From the NCBI RefSeq assembly GCF_000017305.1, contig NC_009664.2:2250001-2282000 (forward strand): 32,000 nucleotides of DNA, read 5' to 3'. The stretch is from Kineococcus radiotolerans SRS30216 = ATCC BAA-149. GTDB taxonomy: Bacteria; Actinomycetota; Actinomycetes; Actinomycetales; Kineococcaceae. Made by a program: the position numbers and the translations under genes. Each line of letters starts with the position of its first letter. The stretch's first letter is position 1. The notes beneath the pieces were generated by a model. The model worked only from the letters and a program-made list of their open reading frames with translations, was not told the DNA's origin and made no database searches. Shown piece by piece: positions 1 through 9,315 of the stretch.

Positions 1-26
1 CCGGGGCGCTCCGGGGGTCGCGCCGC

Positions 27-425
27 TCAGGTCCGGGGGGCCTTCACCGCCAGCACCGGGCAGTCCGCCTCCAGCAGGACCGTCTGCGCCTCGGACCCGA
101 AGATCAGCTTGCCGGTGGGGCTGCGGCGGCGGATGCCGATGACGATGGCCGACGCCGCGACGTCCTCCGCCGTCGCCAGCAGGGCCTCCGCGGGGTCGCG
201 GTCGTCGATGCGCCGGTCGAGGTGGAACTCCACCCCGGCCTCCTCCAGCCGGGCCCGCACCTGCGCCCACCCCTCCTCGTCGGCGTAGCGGGGGTCGACG
301 ACCTTGTCCCCGCGGGAGGTGTTCAGCACGTGCAGCGGCTCGCCGCGGCGGTCGGACTCGTCGAGGGCGAACGTCAGGGCGGCGTCGCCGGCGGGGGTGG
401 GGGTGTACCCGACGAGGATGGTCAC
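27..425 (-). CDS. Universal stress protein (UspA-family) single-domain protein
   Basis: 132-aa ORF with Usp-like alpha/beta pattern (ILVGY N-terminus; C-terminal [18 protein letters not shown] tail). GTG start at 425 overlaps the tctA stop (GTGA, 422-425). Confidence 0.8.
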   Translation of the reverse strand: MTILVGYTPTPAGDAALTFALDESDRRGEPLHVLNTSRGDKVVDPRYADEEGWAQVRARLEEAGVEFHLDRRIDDRDPAEALLATAEDVAASAIVIGIRRRSPTGKLIFGSEAQTVLLEADCPVLAVKAPRT

Positions 426-1978
426 GTGGTCTCCCGTTCCGCCCCGGCCTTCACCGGGGCGTCGTCAGCGTGGGCGGTGGCGAGGACCGTCTCGCCCAGC
501 CGCCGCGCGCGGCGCTTCAGCCAGGCGCTGGCGGCCAGCAGCACGACGAGGCTGCTGTAGACGACGACGGTGAAGGGCGAGGCGACCAGGGTCGTCAGGT
601 CGCCCTGGCTGATCTGCAGCGCGCGGCGCAGGTTCTCCTCGGCCAGCGGGCCGAGGATGAGGCCGATGACGGCGGGGGCCACGGGGAACCCGTGCACCCG
701 CATGACCCAGCCCACCAGCCCCAGCAGGAACAGCAGCACGAGGTCGGTGGTGGAGGCCCCCACCGAGTAGCTGCCGAGGGCGGCGAAGGTGAGGATCCCG
801 GCGTAGAGGTAGGGCCGGGGGATCTGCAGCAGCTTCACCCACACCCGCGCCAGCGGCAGGTTCAGCACCAGCAGCAGCAGGTTCCCCACGTAGAGGCTGG
901 CGACCAGGGCCCACACCAGCGGTCCCTCGTCCACGAACAGCGTGGGTCCGGGGTCGATGCCGTAGCTCTGGAACGCGACGAGGATGACCGCGGCCGTCGC
1001 CGACGTCGGCAGCCCCAGGGTGAGCAGGGGCACGAGCACCCCGGCGGCGGCGGCGTTGTTCGCCGCCTCCGGCCCGGCGACGCCCTCGATGGCGCCCTTG
1101 CCGAACTCCTGCTTCCGGCGGGACACCTTGCGCTCCAGGCCGTAGGACAGGAACGTCGCGACGTCGGCCCCGCCGGCGGGGATCGTCCCGACCGGGAACC
1201 CCACGAGGGAACCCCGCAGCCACGCCGGCCACGACCGGCGGAGGTCGGCGCGGGTGAACCAGGAACCCGACACCGGGACCAGCGGCAGCGGCCCGCGCCG
1301 CATCCGCGCCGCCACCAGCAGCGCCTCCCCGACGGCGAAGAACCCCACCGCGACGACGACGACGTCGATCCCGTCGGCCAGCGCGGGCAGCCCGAAGGTG
1401 AACCGCTGCTGCCCGGTGAGGGTGTCGGTGCCCATGAGGCCGATGAACAGCCCCAGGCCCAGCGACGCCAGCCCGCGGGCGGGGGAACCGCCGAGGACGG
1501 CGGCGACGGTGAGGAACGCCACCACCATGAGGGCGACGAAGTCGCGGGGGCCGAGCCCGACGGCGAGTTCGGCCAGCCGGGGCGCCAGCAGCGTCAGCAG
1601 CAGGGTGCCGATGGTGCCGGCCACGAACGACCCGATGGCGGCCGTGGCCAGGGCCGCGGCCCCGCGCCCGGCGCGGGCCATCGCGTTGCCCTCCAGGGCC
1701 GTGATGATCGAGGCGGACTCCCCCGGGGTGTTCAGCAGGATCGACGTCGTCGACCCGCCGTACATGCCGCCGTAGTAGATGCCGGCGAACATGATGAGCG
1801 CGGCCTCGGGTTCCAGCGTGTACGTCAGCGGCAGCAGCAGCGCCACCGTCATCGCCGGGCCGATGCCGGGCAGGACGCCGACGGCGGTGCCGACGGTGAC
1901 CCCGAGCAGCGCGTAGAGCAGGTAGACGGGGTTCAGCGCGGTGGCGAACCCGTCGGCGAGGAGGGCGAAGTCACCCAA
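422..1978 (-). CDS. tctA: Tripartite tricarboxylate transporter, large permease TctA
   Basis: 518-aa polytopic membrane ORF with typical TctA N-terminus ([22 protein letters not shown]) and [13 protein letters not shown] motif. TTG start at 1978 overlaps the tctB stop by 8 nt. Confidence 0.93.
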   Translation of the reverse strand: MGDFALLADGFATALNPVYLLYALLGVTVGTAVGVLPGIGPAMTVALLLPLTYTLEPEAALIMFAGIYYGGMYGGSTTSILLNTPGESASIITALEGNAMARAGRGAAALATAAIGSFVAGTIGTLLLTLLAPRLAELAVGLGPRDFVALMVVAFLTVAAVLGGSPARGLASLGLGLFIGLMGTDTLTGQQRFTFGLPALADGIDVVVVAVGFFAVGEALLVAARMRRGPLPLVPVSGSWFTRADLRRSWPAWLRGSLVGFPVGTIPAGGADVATFLSYGLERKVSRRKQEFGKGAIEGVAGPEAANNAAAAGVLVPLLTLGLPTSATAAVILVAFQSYGIDPGPTLFVDEGPLVWALVASLYVGNLLLLVLNLPLARVWVKLLQIPRPYLYAGILTFAALGSYSVGASTTDLVLLFLLGLVGWVMRVHGFPVAPAVIGLILGPLAEENLRRALQISQGDLTTLVASPFTVVVYSSLVVLLAASAWLKRRARRLGETVLATAHADDAPVKAGAERETT

Positions 1979-2537
1979 AGCCGATCACTCCCCCCAGCGG
2001 CCCGGCGGGCAGGAACAGCCCGAGGACCTGGGTGAACAGGACGTGGGTCCCGACGGCGATGAGCGCGCCGACCAGCAGCGGTCGCCACACCGGGCGGGCG
2101 CCCAGCGACCACGCGGTGCCGCCGAACAGCAGGGTCGCGGCGATCGGCCAGCCGAGGGGTTCGACGAGGACGACGAGCGCGGCGAAGGACCCGGTGAGCT
2201 TCGCGACGGTGACCCAGTCGGTGCCGGCGGTGGCGTCGACGTCCTCGGAGTCCTCGACCTCGCCGCGGTGGCCGGTGAGGACGGCGACGACGACGGCGAC
2301 CCCGGCCGCGACGAGCAGCGCCCCCACCGCGAAGGGGAACGCGCGCGGGCCGACGGTGTTCTGCGCCCCGGTGACGGCGATGGTGGTGGCGTCGGCGAGG
2401 GTGAACACGCCGAGGCCGGTGATCCCCAGCGGCAGGAGGAGTTCGGGCCAGCGGCGGCGGGAGGGTCCCCCGTCGCGCGTCGTGGTGGCCGGGGTCGTCG
2501 CGACGGTCGGGGTCCCACCGGTCTCCCGGGCGGTCAC
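1971..2537 (-). CDS. tctB: Tripartite tricarboxylate transporter, small membrane subunit TctB
   Basis: C-terminal about 150 aa of the 1971-2663 ORF is a 4-TM protein located between tctC and tctA. I place the start at GTG 2537, which overlaps the tctC stop (GTGA, 2534-2537). The longer ORF start would run antisense-free into tctC and is rejected. Confidence 0.78.
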   Translation of the reverse strand: MTARETGGTPTVATTPATTTRDGGPSRRRWPELLLPLGITGLGVFTLADATTIAVTGAQNTVGPRAFPFAVGALLVAAGVAVVVAVLTGHRGEVEDSEDVDATAGTDWVTVAKLTGSFAALVVLVEPLGWPIAATLLFGGTAWSLGARPVWRPLLVGALIAVGTHVLFTQVLGLFLPAGPLGGVIGFG

Positions 2538-3571
2538 GAGGTGAGGCCGATGCTCTTCAGGACGCCCTGCACGCGGGTCTCCTCCTCGGCGAGGAAGGCG
2601 TCGAACTCGTCCCCGGCGAGGTACTCGTCGGTCCAGTCGTTGGTGGCGAGGACGTCCTTCCACGCCGGCGAGGCGTGCAGGTCGGCGACGAGGGTCTCGA
2701 GCTTCTCCTCGGCCTCGTCGCTGATCCCCGGGGGGGCCACGACCCCGCGCCAGTTGGTGAGGGTGACGTCGTAGCCGGCCTCGGTGATGGTGGGCGCGTC
2801 GACGCCCTCGACGCGTTCCTCGCCGGAGACGGCCAGGGCGCGCAGGTCACCGCTCTCCACCTGCTCGGCGTACTCCCCGACCCCGGAGATCCCGGCGGAG
2901 ACCTGGTCGCCGAGCAGCGCGGCCAGCGATTCCCCGCCCCCGGAGAAGGGCACGTAGTTCAGGCCGTCGGCGGGGACCCCACCGGCCTGGGCGAGCAGCC
3001 CGGCGAGCATGTGGTCGGTGCCGCCGGCGGAACCCCCGGCGATGGAGACCCCCTGCCCCTTGGCCTTCATGTCCTCCACCAGGTCGTCCAGCGTCCGGTA
3101 GGGGGAGTCGGCGGGCACGACGACGATCTCGTCCTCGCCGGTGAGGCGGGCGATGGGGGTGACGTCGTCGAGGGTGGCCTGGGACTGGTTGGTCTCGATC
3201 GCGCCGACCATGACCAGGCCCATGACCATGAGGAACTCCTCGCTGCGCTCGTTCTTCAGCTCGGCCAGGCCCACGGTGCCGCCGGCGCCGCCGACGTTGC
3301 TGACCTGGACGCTGCCGGCCAGGCCCTCGGCCTCGATGGCCTGGGCCATGGCGCGGGCGCTGGAGTCCCAGCCGCCGCCGGGGTCGGCGGGGGCCATGAC
3401 CTGCAGCCGGCGGATCGCCTCCGCCCCGCCGCCGCCACCGCCGCCGGAGGTCCCGGTGCTGGAACCCCCCGAGCAGCCGGCGGTGACGGCGAGCGCGGCC
3501 AGGGCGAGCGCGGCGACGCCCCGGCGGGTGACCGGGCGGTTGACCGGGCGGGTGGCGTGGTTGCGGGACAA
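2534..3571 (-). CDS. tctC: Tripartite tricarboxylate transporter substrate-binding protein TctC (Bug family), probable lipoprotein
   Basis: 345-aa ORF. Signal peptide ends LAVTAGC and is followed by a Gly/Ser linker. Bug/TctC-like body (GGAGGTVGLAEL, VPFSGGGESLAALLG). TTG start at 3571 is preceded by GAGGAGGA 4 nt upstream. Confidence 0.9.
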   Translation of the reverse strand: MSRNHATRPVNRPVTRRGVAALALAALAVTAGCSGGSSTGTSGGGGGGGAEAIRRLQVMAPADPGGGWDSSARAMAQAIEAEGLAGSVQVSNVGGAGGTVGLAELKNERSEEFLMVMGLVMVGAIETNQSQATLDDVTPIARLTGEDEIVVVPADSPYRTLDDLVEDMKAKGQGVSIAGGSAGGTDHMLAGLLAQAGGVPADGLNYVPFSGGGESLAALLGDQVSAGISGVGEYAEQVESGDLRALAVSGEERVEGVDAPTITEAGYDVTLTNWRGVVAPPGISDEAEEKLETLVADLHASPAWKDVLATNDWTDEYLAGDEFDAFLAEEETRVQGVLKSIGLTS

Positions 3572-3733
3572 GGGATCCTCCTCGTCGAGGGCCGTCTGAG
3601 ACTCCGGACGCTAGGCACCGCGCGACCGGCGCGGGGGATGCGGCGGGTTCCGGTCGTTGTGGTCTTTCTGGTCGCAGCCACGACCGCCTCGGGAGCCCCT
3701 CCGGTGGGGCACACTGACCCCGTGCGCCGGTCG

Positions 3734-5293
3734 ATGCCGCTGGGCCTGCAGCTGTTCCTGCTGCAGCTGGGCATCGTCGTGCTCACGGTGACGATCGCGG
3801 GACTGCTGGCGGTGCACCTGCAGCAGGACCAGATCCGCGAGGCGTACCAGCAGCGGGTGCTGACCGTGGCCCGGGCCACGGCGGGGTTGCCCAGCGTCGT
3901 CGACGCCTACGACGACCCCGACCCGGCCGCGACGCTGCAGCCGCTGGCGGAGCTGCTGCGGCAGGCCTCGGGCACGACGTTCGTGGTGCTCTCCGACGTC
4001 GACGGGGTCCGGTACTCCCACCCCGACCCGGCCCGCATCGGGCAGCGGGTGTCCACCGACCCCTCCCCCACGCTGGCCGGGCAGGTGTTCGTGGGCACCG
4101 AGACGGGGACGCTGGGGGAGTCGCTGCGCGCGAAGGTGCCCGTGCGCGACGCGTCGGGCCGGGTGGTCGGGGCGGCCAGCGTCGGGGTGCTGGAGCGGGA
4201 ACTGGCCGACGACCTGCGCGAGGACGTCCCGGTGCTGGTGGCGTGGATGGGCGGGGCGGCCCTGCTGGGGACGGCGGCGTCGTTCCTGGTGGCCCGGCTG
4301 GTCCGCCGCCGCACCCACGGCCTGGAGCCGGAGGAGATCGGGCGGCTGCTGGAGACCCGCGACGCGATGCTGCACGGCATCCGGGAGGGCGTCCTGGCCG
4401 TGGACCGGCGCGGGACGCTGGTGCTGGCCAACGACGAGGCGCTGCGGCTGCTGGACCTCGGGGCCGACCCCACCGGGCGCGCCGCGGCCGACGTCCTCGA
4501 CGGCCACGTGCTCGACCTGGTCACCGGCCCCCGCGACGTCGTCGACGAGCCCCTGCTGGCCGGGGAGCGGCTGCTCGTGGTGAACCGGACCTCCGCGGTC
4601 GTCTCGGGGCGGCAGGTGGCGCACCTGCTGACCCTGCGCGACCGCACGGAGCTGTCCGGGGCGGTGCGGGAGCTGGACTCCCAGCGCAGCCTCACCGCGA
4701 CCCTGCGGGCCCAGGCCCACGAGTTCGCCAACCACCTCCACGTCGTCCAGGGCCTGCTGGAGCTGGGCCACGTGCCGGAGGCGTCCTCCTTCATCGACCG
4801 CATCGGCGGCGGCGGGGACCTGGTGTCCGCCGGCGGGGTGCTCGCGGTGCGCGACCCGGAGACCGCGGCGCTGCTGCTGGCGAAGGCGGCGGTGGCGCGC
4901 GAACGGGGCTGCCGGGTGTCGCTGGACCCGGCCAGCGCCCTCGACGACGCCGACCCGGACCTGCTGACGGTGCTCGGCAACCTCGTCGACAACGCCGTCG
5001 ACGCCGCGGGCGCCGGCGGGACGGTGCTGGTGTCGCTGTCCGGCGACGCGGAGGGCGTGCGGGTGCGGGTGGACGACGACGGCCCCGGGGTCCCCGCCGC
5101 CGGCCGGGCGGCGGTCTTCGCGGTGGGGTACACCACCAAGGCCGGCCGCGACCTGCACGGGCGCGGCATCGGGCTGGCCCTGGTGGCGCGCATCGCCGCC
5201 CGCCGCCACGGCCGCGCCGAGGTCGGGGAGTCCCCGCTGGGCGGGGCGCGCTTCGAGGTCGAGCTGCCCCGCGCGCGGGTGGGGGCGCGGTGA
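3734..5293 (+). CDS. Sensor histidine kinase, CitA/DcuS family
   Basis: TM1 (LQLFLLQLGIVVLTVTIAGLLAV), extracytoplasmic PAS-like domain (RYSHPDPARIGQRVS), TM2, cytoplasmic PAS, DcuS-type phosphoacceptor helix (RAQAHEFANHLHVVQGLLELG) and HATPase (DDGPGV, GRGIGLALV). ATG 3734 preferred; in-frame ATG 3638 is possible. The rest of the 2675-5293 ORF is antisense to tctC. Confidence 0.87.
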   Translation: MPLGLQLFLLQLGIVVLTVTIAGLLAVHLQQDQIREAYQQRVLTVARATAGLPSVVDAYDDPDPAATLQPLAELLRQASGTTFVVLSDVDGVRYSHPDPARIGQRVSTDPSPTLAGQVFVGTETGTLGESLRAKVPVRDASGRVVGAASVGVLERELADDLREDVPVLVAWMGGAALLGTAASFLVARLVRRRTHGLEPEEIGRLLETRDAMLHGIREGVLAVDRRGTLVLANDEALRLLDLGADPTGRAAADVLDGHVLDLVTGPRDVVDEPLLAGERLLVVNRTSAVVSGRQVAHLLTLRDRTELSGAVRELDSQRSLTATLRAQAHEFANHLHVVQGLLELGHVPEASSFIDRIGGGGDLVSAGGVLAVRDPETAALLLAKAAVARERGCRVSLDPASALDDADPDLLTVLGNLVDNAVDAAGAGGTVLVSLSGDAEGVRVRVDDDGPGVPAAGRAAVFAVGYTTKAGRDLHGRGIGLALVARIAARRHGRAEVGESPLGGARFEVELPRARVGAR

Positions 5294-6006
5294 GCGCGGG
5301 GGGCGGGCACGCGCCGGTGCGGGTCCTCGTCGTCGACGACGACGCGACCGTCGCCCTCGTGCACCGCGGGTACGTGGAGACCCTGCCCCGCTTCACCGTC
5401 TGCGGGGTCGTGCACCGCGGCGCGGACGTCCTGCCCGCCGTGCGGGCCACCGCCGCGGACCTGGTGCTGCTGGACATCCACCTGCCCGACGAGTCCGGTC
5501 TCGACGTCCTGCGCCGGTTGCGCGCGCACGGCGTCGACGTCGACGTCGTCGCCATCACCGCCGCCCGCGACGTCGACACCGTGCGGGACGCGATGGCGGG
5601 CGGGGTGTGGCACTACCTGGTCAAGCCGTTCTCGCTGGCGACCTTCGCCGAGCGCATGGAGGCCTACGCCCAGCACCGGCTGGAGTTCGCCCGCCGCGAC
5701 GGGTCCGACGCCCTGGGGCAGGAGGAGGTGGACCGGTTGCTCACCTCGCGCCGGCGCAGCGCGAGCGCGCTGCCCAAGGGGCTGTCGCCGCGCACCCTCG
5801 ACGTCGTCGTGGACCACCTGCGCGCGGGGGCGGGCGGGGACGGCACCGGGGACGTGTCTGCGGCGGAGCTGGCCGCGCGCTGCGGGATCGCGCGCGTCAG
5901 CGTCCGCCGCTACCTGGAGCACCTGGAACGGGCCGGGCTGGCCGAGGTGCGGCCCCGCTACGGGCGGGCGGGGCGGCCGGAGAACGGCTACCGCTGGTCG
6001 GGCTGA
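5290..6006 (+). CDS. Response regulator, CitB/DcuR family (REC + C-terminal HTH)
   Basis: RVLVVDDD, LVLLDIHLPDESG and YLVKPF receiver motifs; C-terminal HTH (SAAELAARCGIARVSVRRYLEHL). GTG 5290 overlaps the kinase stop (GTGA, 5290-5293). Confidence 0.87.
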   Translation: MSAGGGHAPVRVLVVDDDATVALVHRGYVETLPRFTVCGVVHRGADVLPAVRATAADLVLLDIHLPDESGLDVLRRLRAHGVDVDVVAITAARDVDTVRDAMAGGVWHYLVKPFSLATFAERMEAYAQHRLEFARRDGSDALGQEEVDRLLTSRRRSASALPKGLSPRTLDVVVDHLRAGAGGDGTGDVSAAELAARCGIARVSVRRYLEHLERAGLAEVRPRYGRAGRPENGYRWSG

Positions 6007-6039
6007 GCGGACCCGCCCGCCGGCCTCAGCGGCGGCGCC

Positions 6040-6819
6040 TCACCAGCCCCACCCGCGGCGGGCGCCGAGCTCGTGCACCGCGCGGTCCAGGGCGGCGGCC
6101 ACCCGCGCGCGGTCGGTGTCGGCGAGCGAGAGGCGCAGCCGGCCGACGACGTCGCGCCCCTCGGTGAGCAGCCCGCCGCGGCGGTCGGCCTCCAGCACCA
6201 CGTCCACGCCCTGCGCGTCGGCGAGGAACGTCACCTCGAGCTCGTTGACCCGGCGGACGTGGGCGGGCGGGGCGAACTCCAGCTCCTGGTAGAAGGGCAG
6301 GTCCGAGCCGCGCACGCGGCCCTTCTCCACGTCGGCGTGCTTGAAGCGCCAGCCCAGGGAGCCGAGCGCGTCGACGACGGCCTGCTGCACCGGCAGCGGC
6401 GCCACGGTGAGGCCGTCGAGGTCGCCGGGGTCCACCGCGCCGGCGATGACGAGGCGGGTCGCGACGCCGACGTGGACCCCGCGCAGGTGCCAGCCGCTGA
6501 TCGCGGTGATCGGGGTCTGCCAGGGCAGGGCCAGCGCGAAGGGCAGCTCGGTGCGCTGGCCGGGGACGGTGGTGAAACCGGCGCCGACGCGGGCGGACCC
6601 GAAGACGACGTCCTCGCGCCACTCGGAGTCCCCGCTCTCCACCTCCACCCGCGCCTGCAGGGCGACGACGACCTCCTCGACGTCCTGGGCCACCGAGCCG
6701 CCGACCACGACGACCCGTCCGCTCACCGGCCCGCCGGGCTGGGCGACGTCGCGGTCCAGCACCGTGTCCACCGACGCCGCGCCCGCACCGAAGCGCGCCG
6801 CGAGGTTGCGCAAGCCCAT
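6040..6819 (-). CDS. SpoOM-family (sporulation-control-like) protein
   Basis: 259 aa from ATG 6819. The N-terminus MGLRNLAARFGAGAASVDTVLD...QPGGPVSGRVVVVGG matches the SpoOM pattern. The upstream part of the 6040-7107 ORF is an R/G/P-rich artefact. Confidence 0.8.
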   Translation of the reverse strand: MGLRNLAARFGAGAASVDTVLDRDVAQPGGPVSGRVVVVGGSVAQDVEEVVVALQARVEVESGDSEWREDVVFGSARVGAGFTTVPGQRTELPFALALPWQTPITAISGWHLRGVHVGVATRLVIAGAVDPGDLDGLTVAPLPVQQAVVDALGSLGWRFKHADVEKGRVRGSDLPFYQELEFAPPAHVRRVNELEVTFLADAQGVDVVLEADRRGGLLTEGRDVVGRLRLSLADTDRARVAAALDRAVHELGARRGWGW

Positions 6820-6911
6820 CTCGTCCTCCGTCCCCGGGCCGCGGATCGGCCCCCGTCCTGTGGACGGGCGGGGAGGGCGGGGTGTTCCCGCCCGGCCGCC
6901 CCGCCCGGGGG

Positions 6912-7199
6912 TCAGGCGGAGCGCGCCGGCGCGTCCGGGCGGACGCGGCGCGGCGCGGCCTCCTGCAGGGCGATGCCGCTGATGGCGTCGCACAGCTCGG
7001 GCAGCGACTCCAGCACCTGCTCGGCGACCTCCAGGGGCACGGCGGCCGGGGCCAGGATCGTCACGGTCACCCGGCCCCGCGTGCTGGGCCCCTGGGAGAC
7101 GAAGCACCCGGGGACGCGCTCGGAGATGCCCGCGATGAACCCGTTGAGGTCGCGCACGCCGATCGGTCGGGTCGTCTCGATGGCAAGGACTGTCTTCAT
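6912..7199 (-). CDS. Small hypothetical protein (95 aa), ferredoxin-like beta-alpha-beta-beta-alpha-beta pattern
   Basis: ATG 7199 is preceded by GAGGAG. The alternating hydrophobic pattern is reminiscent of Lrp-C/ACT-like ligand-binding domains (inference only). The N-terminal extension of the 126-aa ORF is rejected. Confidence 0.5.
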   Translation of the reverse strand: MKTVLAIETTRPIGVRDLNGFIAGISERVPGCFVSQGPSTRGRVTVTILAPAAVPLEVAEQVLESLPELCDAISGIALQEAAPRRVRPDAPARSA

Positions 7200-7386
7200 C
7201 GTGCTCCTCGGCGCCTCAGGCGGGTGGCCGTGCCCGCCACCGGTCGGGCGGGTCACCTGACGGAGGCATCGGCACGGCTCGCCCCCGGCCACAGCCCCGG
7301 CGGCGCACTTCTCCCCGGACGGGGCAGCGCGTCACCCTCCCGGACCACTGCGCACGGCCGGCGGGGCGCGGGGCAGGATCGTCGTC

Positions 7387-8328
7387 GTGAACCCCCTCGC
7401 CGCCGAGCGCCCGCTGTCCCTCCAGGACGTCCAGGAGGCCGCGGCCCGCACCGCCGGCCGCGTGCGCCGGACGCCCGTCCTGCCCGTGGGGGCGGGCCGC
7501 TGGCTGAAGCTGGAGCAGCTCCAGCACACCGGCTCCTTCAAGGCGCGCGGCGCCTTCAACCGCCAGCTCGCCGCCCGCGAGCGCGGGGAGCTGGACCCCG
7601 TGCGCGGGATCGTCGCGGCCTCGGGCGGCAACGCGGGCCTGGCCCACGCCCACGCCGCCGCGGAGCTGGGGGTGCCGGCGACGGTCTTCGTGCCCGGGAC
7701 CGCCCCCGCGGTGAAGGTGGACCGGCTGCGCGGGCTCGGCGCGGACGTCCGCCTCGTCGGGAACGAGTACGCCCAGGCCCACGAGGCGGCCGTGGGGTTC
7801 GCCGAGCAGCGGGGGGCGGTGTTCTGCCACGCCTACGACCAGCCGGAGATCGCGGCGGGGGCGGGGACGCTGGCCCTGGAGCTGCTGGAGGACGTCCCCG
7901 ACCTCGACACCGTGGTGGTCGCGGTGGGCGGCGGCGGGCTGTTCGCCGGGGTGGCGGCCGCGCTGGAGGGCCGGGTGCGGGTCGTCGCCGTGGAGACCGC
8001 CGGCGCCCCGACCCTGCACCGGGCGCTGGCCGCGGGCGAGCCCGTCGACGTCGCGGTGTCCGGGGTCGCCGCGGACTCCCTCGGGGCCCGCCGGGTCGGC
8101 GCGATCGCCTTCGACCTCGCGCGCCGCACGTCGCCGGTGAGCCTGCTCGTGGAGGACGCCGCGGCCACGGCCGCGCGCTCGGAGCTGTGGTCGCGCTTCC
8201 GGGTCGTCGCCGAGCACGGCGCGGCGACGGCGTGGGCGGGGCTGGGCCCGGGCGGCTACGAACCCGCCGACGGGGAGCAGGTGGCCGTCGTGGTGTGCGG
8301 GGCGAACACCGACCCCGCCACGCTCTGA
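7387..8328 (+). CDS. PLP-dependent threonine/serine dehydratase (no regulatory ACT domain)
   Basis: 313 aa. PLP-lysine motif HTGSFKARGA and glycine loop ASGGNAG. GTG start. Confidence 0.86.
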   Translation: MNPLAAERPLSLQDVQEAAARTAGRVRRTPVLPVGAGRWLKLEQLQHTGSFKARGAFNRQLAARERGELDPVRGIVAASGGNAGLAHAHAAAELGVPATVFVPGTAPAVKVDRLRGLGADVRLVGNEYAQAHEAAVGFAEQRGAVFCHAYDQPEIAAGAGTLALELLEDVPDLDTVVVAVGGGGLFAGVAAALEGRVRVVAVETAGAPTLHRALAAGEPVDVAVSGVAADSLGARRVGAIAFDLARRTSPVSLLVEDAAATAARSELWSRFRVVAEHGAATAWAGLGPGGYEPADGEQVAVVVCGANTDPATL

Positions 8329-8378
8329 GGTCGGGCCCCGGCGGGTTGTGCCCCGGCGGGTCCGGGTAGGAGCCCGTC

Positions 8379-9260
8379 ATGGCTCCTGACCAGCACACGC
8401 CCACGGACCCGACCACGCAGTACCCGGACAGCACGCCGGGGCAGACGATCCCGCACCCGGGGGTCACCTCGGACATGGGTCCCACCCCCGACCACGGGGA
8501 GGACAGCTACGTCGGCACCGGACGCCTGCAGGGCCGTCGGGCGATCATCACCGGCGGCGACTCCGGCATCGGCCGCGCCGTCGCGATCGCCTACGCCCGC
8601 GAGGGCGCGGACGTCCTGATCGTCCACCTGCCCGAGGAGCAGGAGGACGCCGACACCACCGTCGCCCTCGTGCGGGCCGCGGGGCGCAAGGGCATCAGCG
8701 CCCCCGGCGACCTGCGCGACGAGGAGTTCTGCCGCAGCGTCGTGGAGCGCGCCGTGACGGAGCTCGGCGGTCTGGACGTCCTGGTGAACAACGCCGCCTA
8801 CCAGATGTCGATCGACAGCATCGAGGACCTCTCCACCGAGCAGCTGCTGCGCACGTTCACCACGAACGTCTTCGCGACGGTGTGGCTGAGCAAGGCCGCC
8901 GTCCCGCACTTCGCGCCGGGGTCCAGCATCATCAACACCGTCTCCGTGCAGGCCGACTCCCCCTCCCCCGCCCTGCTGGACTACGCCATGACGAAGGCGG
9001 CCCTGGTCAACTTCACCCTGAACCTCGCCCAGGAGGTCGGCGAGAAGGGGATCCGCGTCAACGCCGTCGCGCCCGGCCCGGTCTGGACCCCGCTGATCCC
9101 GGCGACGATGCCCGCGGAGCAGGTCGAGGACTTCGGCACCCAGACCCCGCTCGGCCGCGCCGGGCAGCCGGCGGAACTCGCCCCCGCCTACGTGTTCCTC
9201 GCCTCCCAGGAGTCGAGCTACAGCACCGGCACGGTCATCCGGGTCGCCGGGGGGAAGTGA
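8379..9260 (+). CDS. SDR-family NAD(P)-dependent oxidoreductase (YhdF/YghA-like)
   Basis: 293 aa. TGGDSGIGRA cofactor motif, NNAA, and catalytic Y-x3-K (YAMTKAAL). AGGAG lies 6 nt upstream of ATG 8379. Confidence 0.9.
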   Translation: MAPDQHTPTDPTTQYPDSTPGQTIPHPGVTSDMGPTPDHGEDSYVGTGRLQGRRAIITGGDSGIGRAVAIAYAREGADVLIVHLPEEQEDADTTVALVRAAGRKGISAPGDLRDEEFCRSVVERAVTELGGLDVLVNNAAYQMSIDSIEDLSTEQLLRTFTTNVFATVWLSKAAVPHFAPGSSIINTVSVQADSPSPALLDYAMTKAALVNFTLNLAQEVGEKGIRVNAVAPGPVWTPLIPATMPAEQVEDFGTQTPLGRAGQPAELAPAYVFLASQESSYSTGTVIRVAGGK

Positions 9261-9266
9261 CCCCCG

Positions 9267-9306
9267 CCCCGTCGGGCCCTCCCTGGACGGGGAGGGCCCG
9301 ACGGGG
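9267..9306. terminator. Bidirectional intrinsic-terminator-like hairpin between convergent genes
   Basis: Perfect 17-bp stem (9267-9283 pairs with 9290-9306) and a 6-nt loop. Lies between the SDR stop (9260) and the LGFP gene stop (9316). No U-tract, as is usual in high-GC actinobacteria. Confidence 0.6.
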
Positions 9307-9315
9307 CTCGGGCCG

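Noticed and set aside
470-2035. 521-aa plus-strand ORF (and the 465-1232 minus and 1254-1775 plus ORFs) overlapping tctA
   Set aside because: Translations are R/G/P/D/H-rich low-complexity strings typical of off-frame or antisense reading of high-GC coding DNA. The tctA frame has an unmistakable transporter sequence.
2675-3733. N-terminal 350 codons of the 872-aa ORF that ends as the sensor kinase
   Set aside because: This part is antisense to tctC and low-complexity. The kinase starts with its first TM helix at ATG 3734, or at ATG 3638.
3611-5922. Long minus-strand ORFs (3611-5209, 3907-5922, 4791-5579) and plus-strand 4243-6006 upstream part
   Set aside because: They are antisense or off-frame to the well-supported kinase and regulator genes, with Arg/Pro/Gly-dominated translations.
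6002-6030. GCTGAG…CTCAGC inverted repeat between the convergent regulator and SpoOM genes as a terminator
   Set aside because: It has only a 6-bp stem with a 17-nt loop, which is too weak to call. A similar 6-bp GCTGAG/CTCAGC hairpin at 10412-10429 is equally weak.
6026-8485. ORFs 6026-6622 (-), 6073-7260 (+), 6882-8369 (+), 7216-8217 (-), 7556-8485 (-)
   Set aside because: They overlap the SpoOM, small-protein and dehydratase genes in other frames. Their composition is artefactual, with no recognisable motifs.
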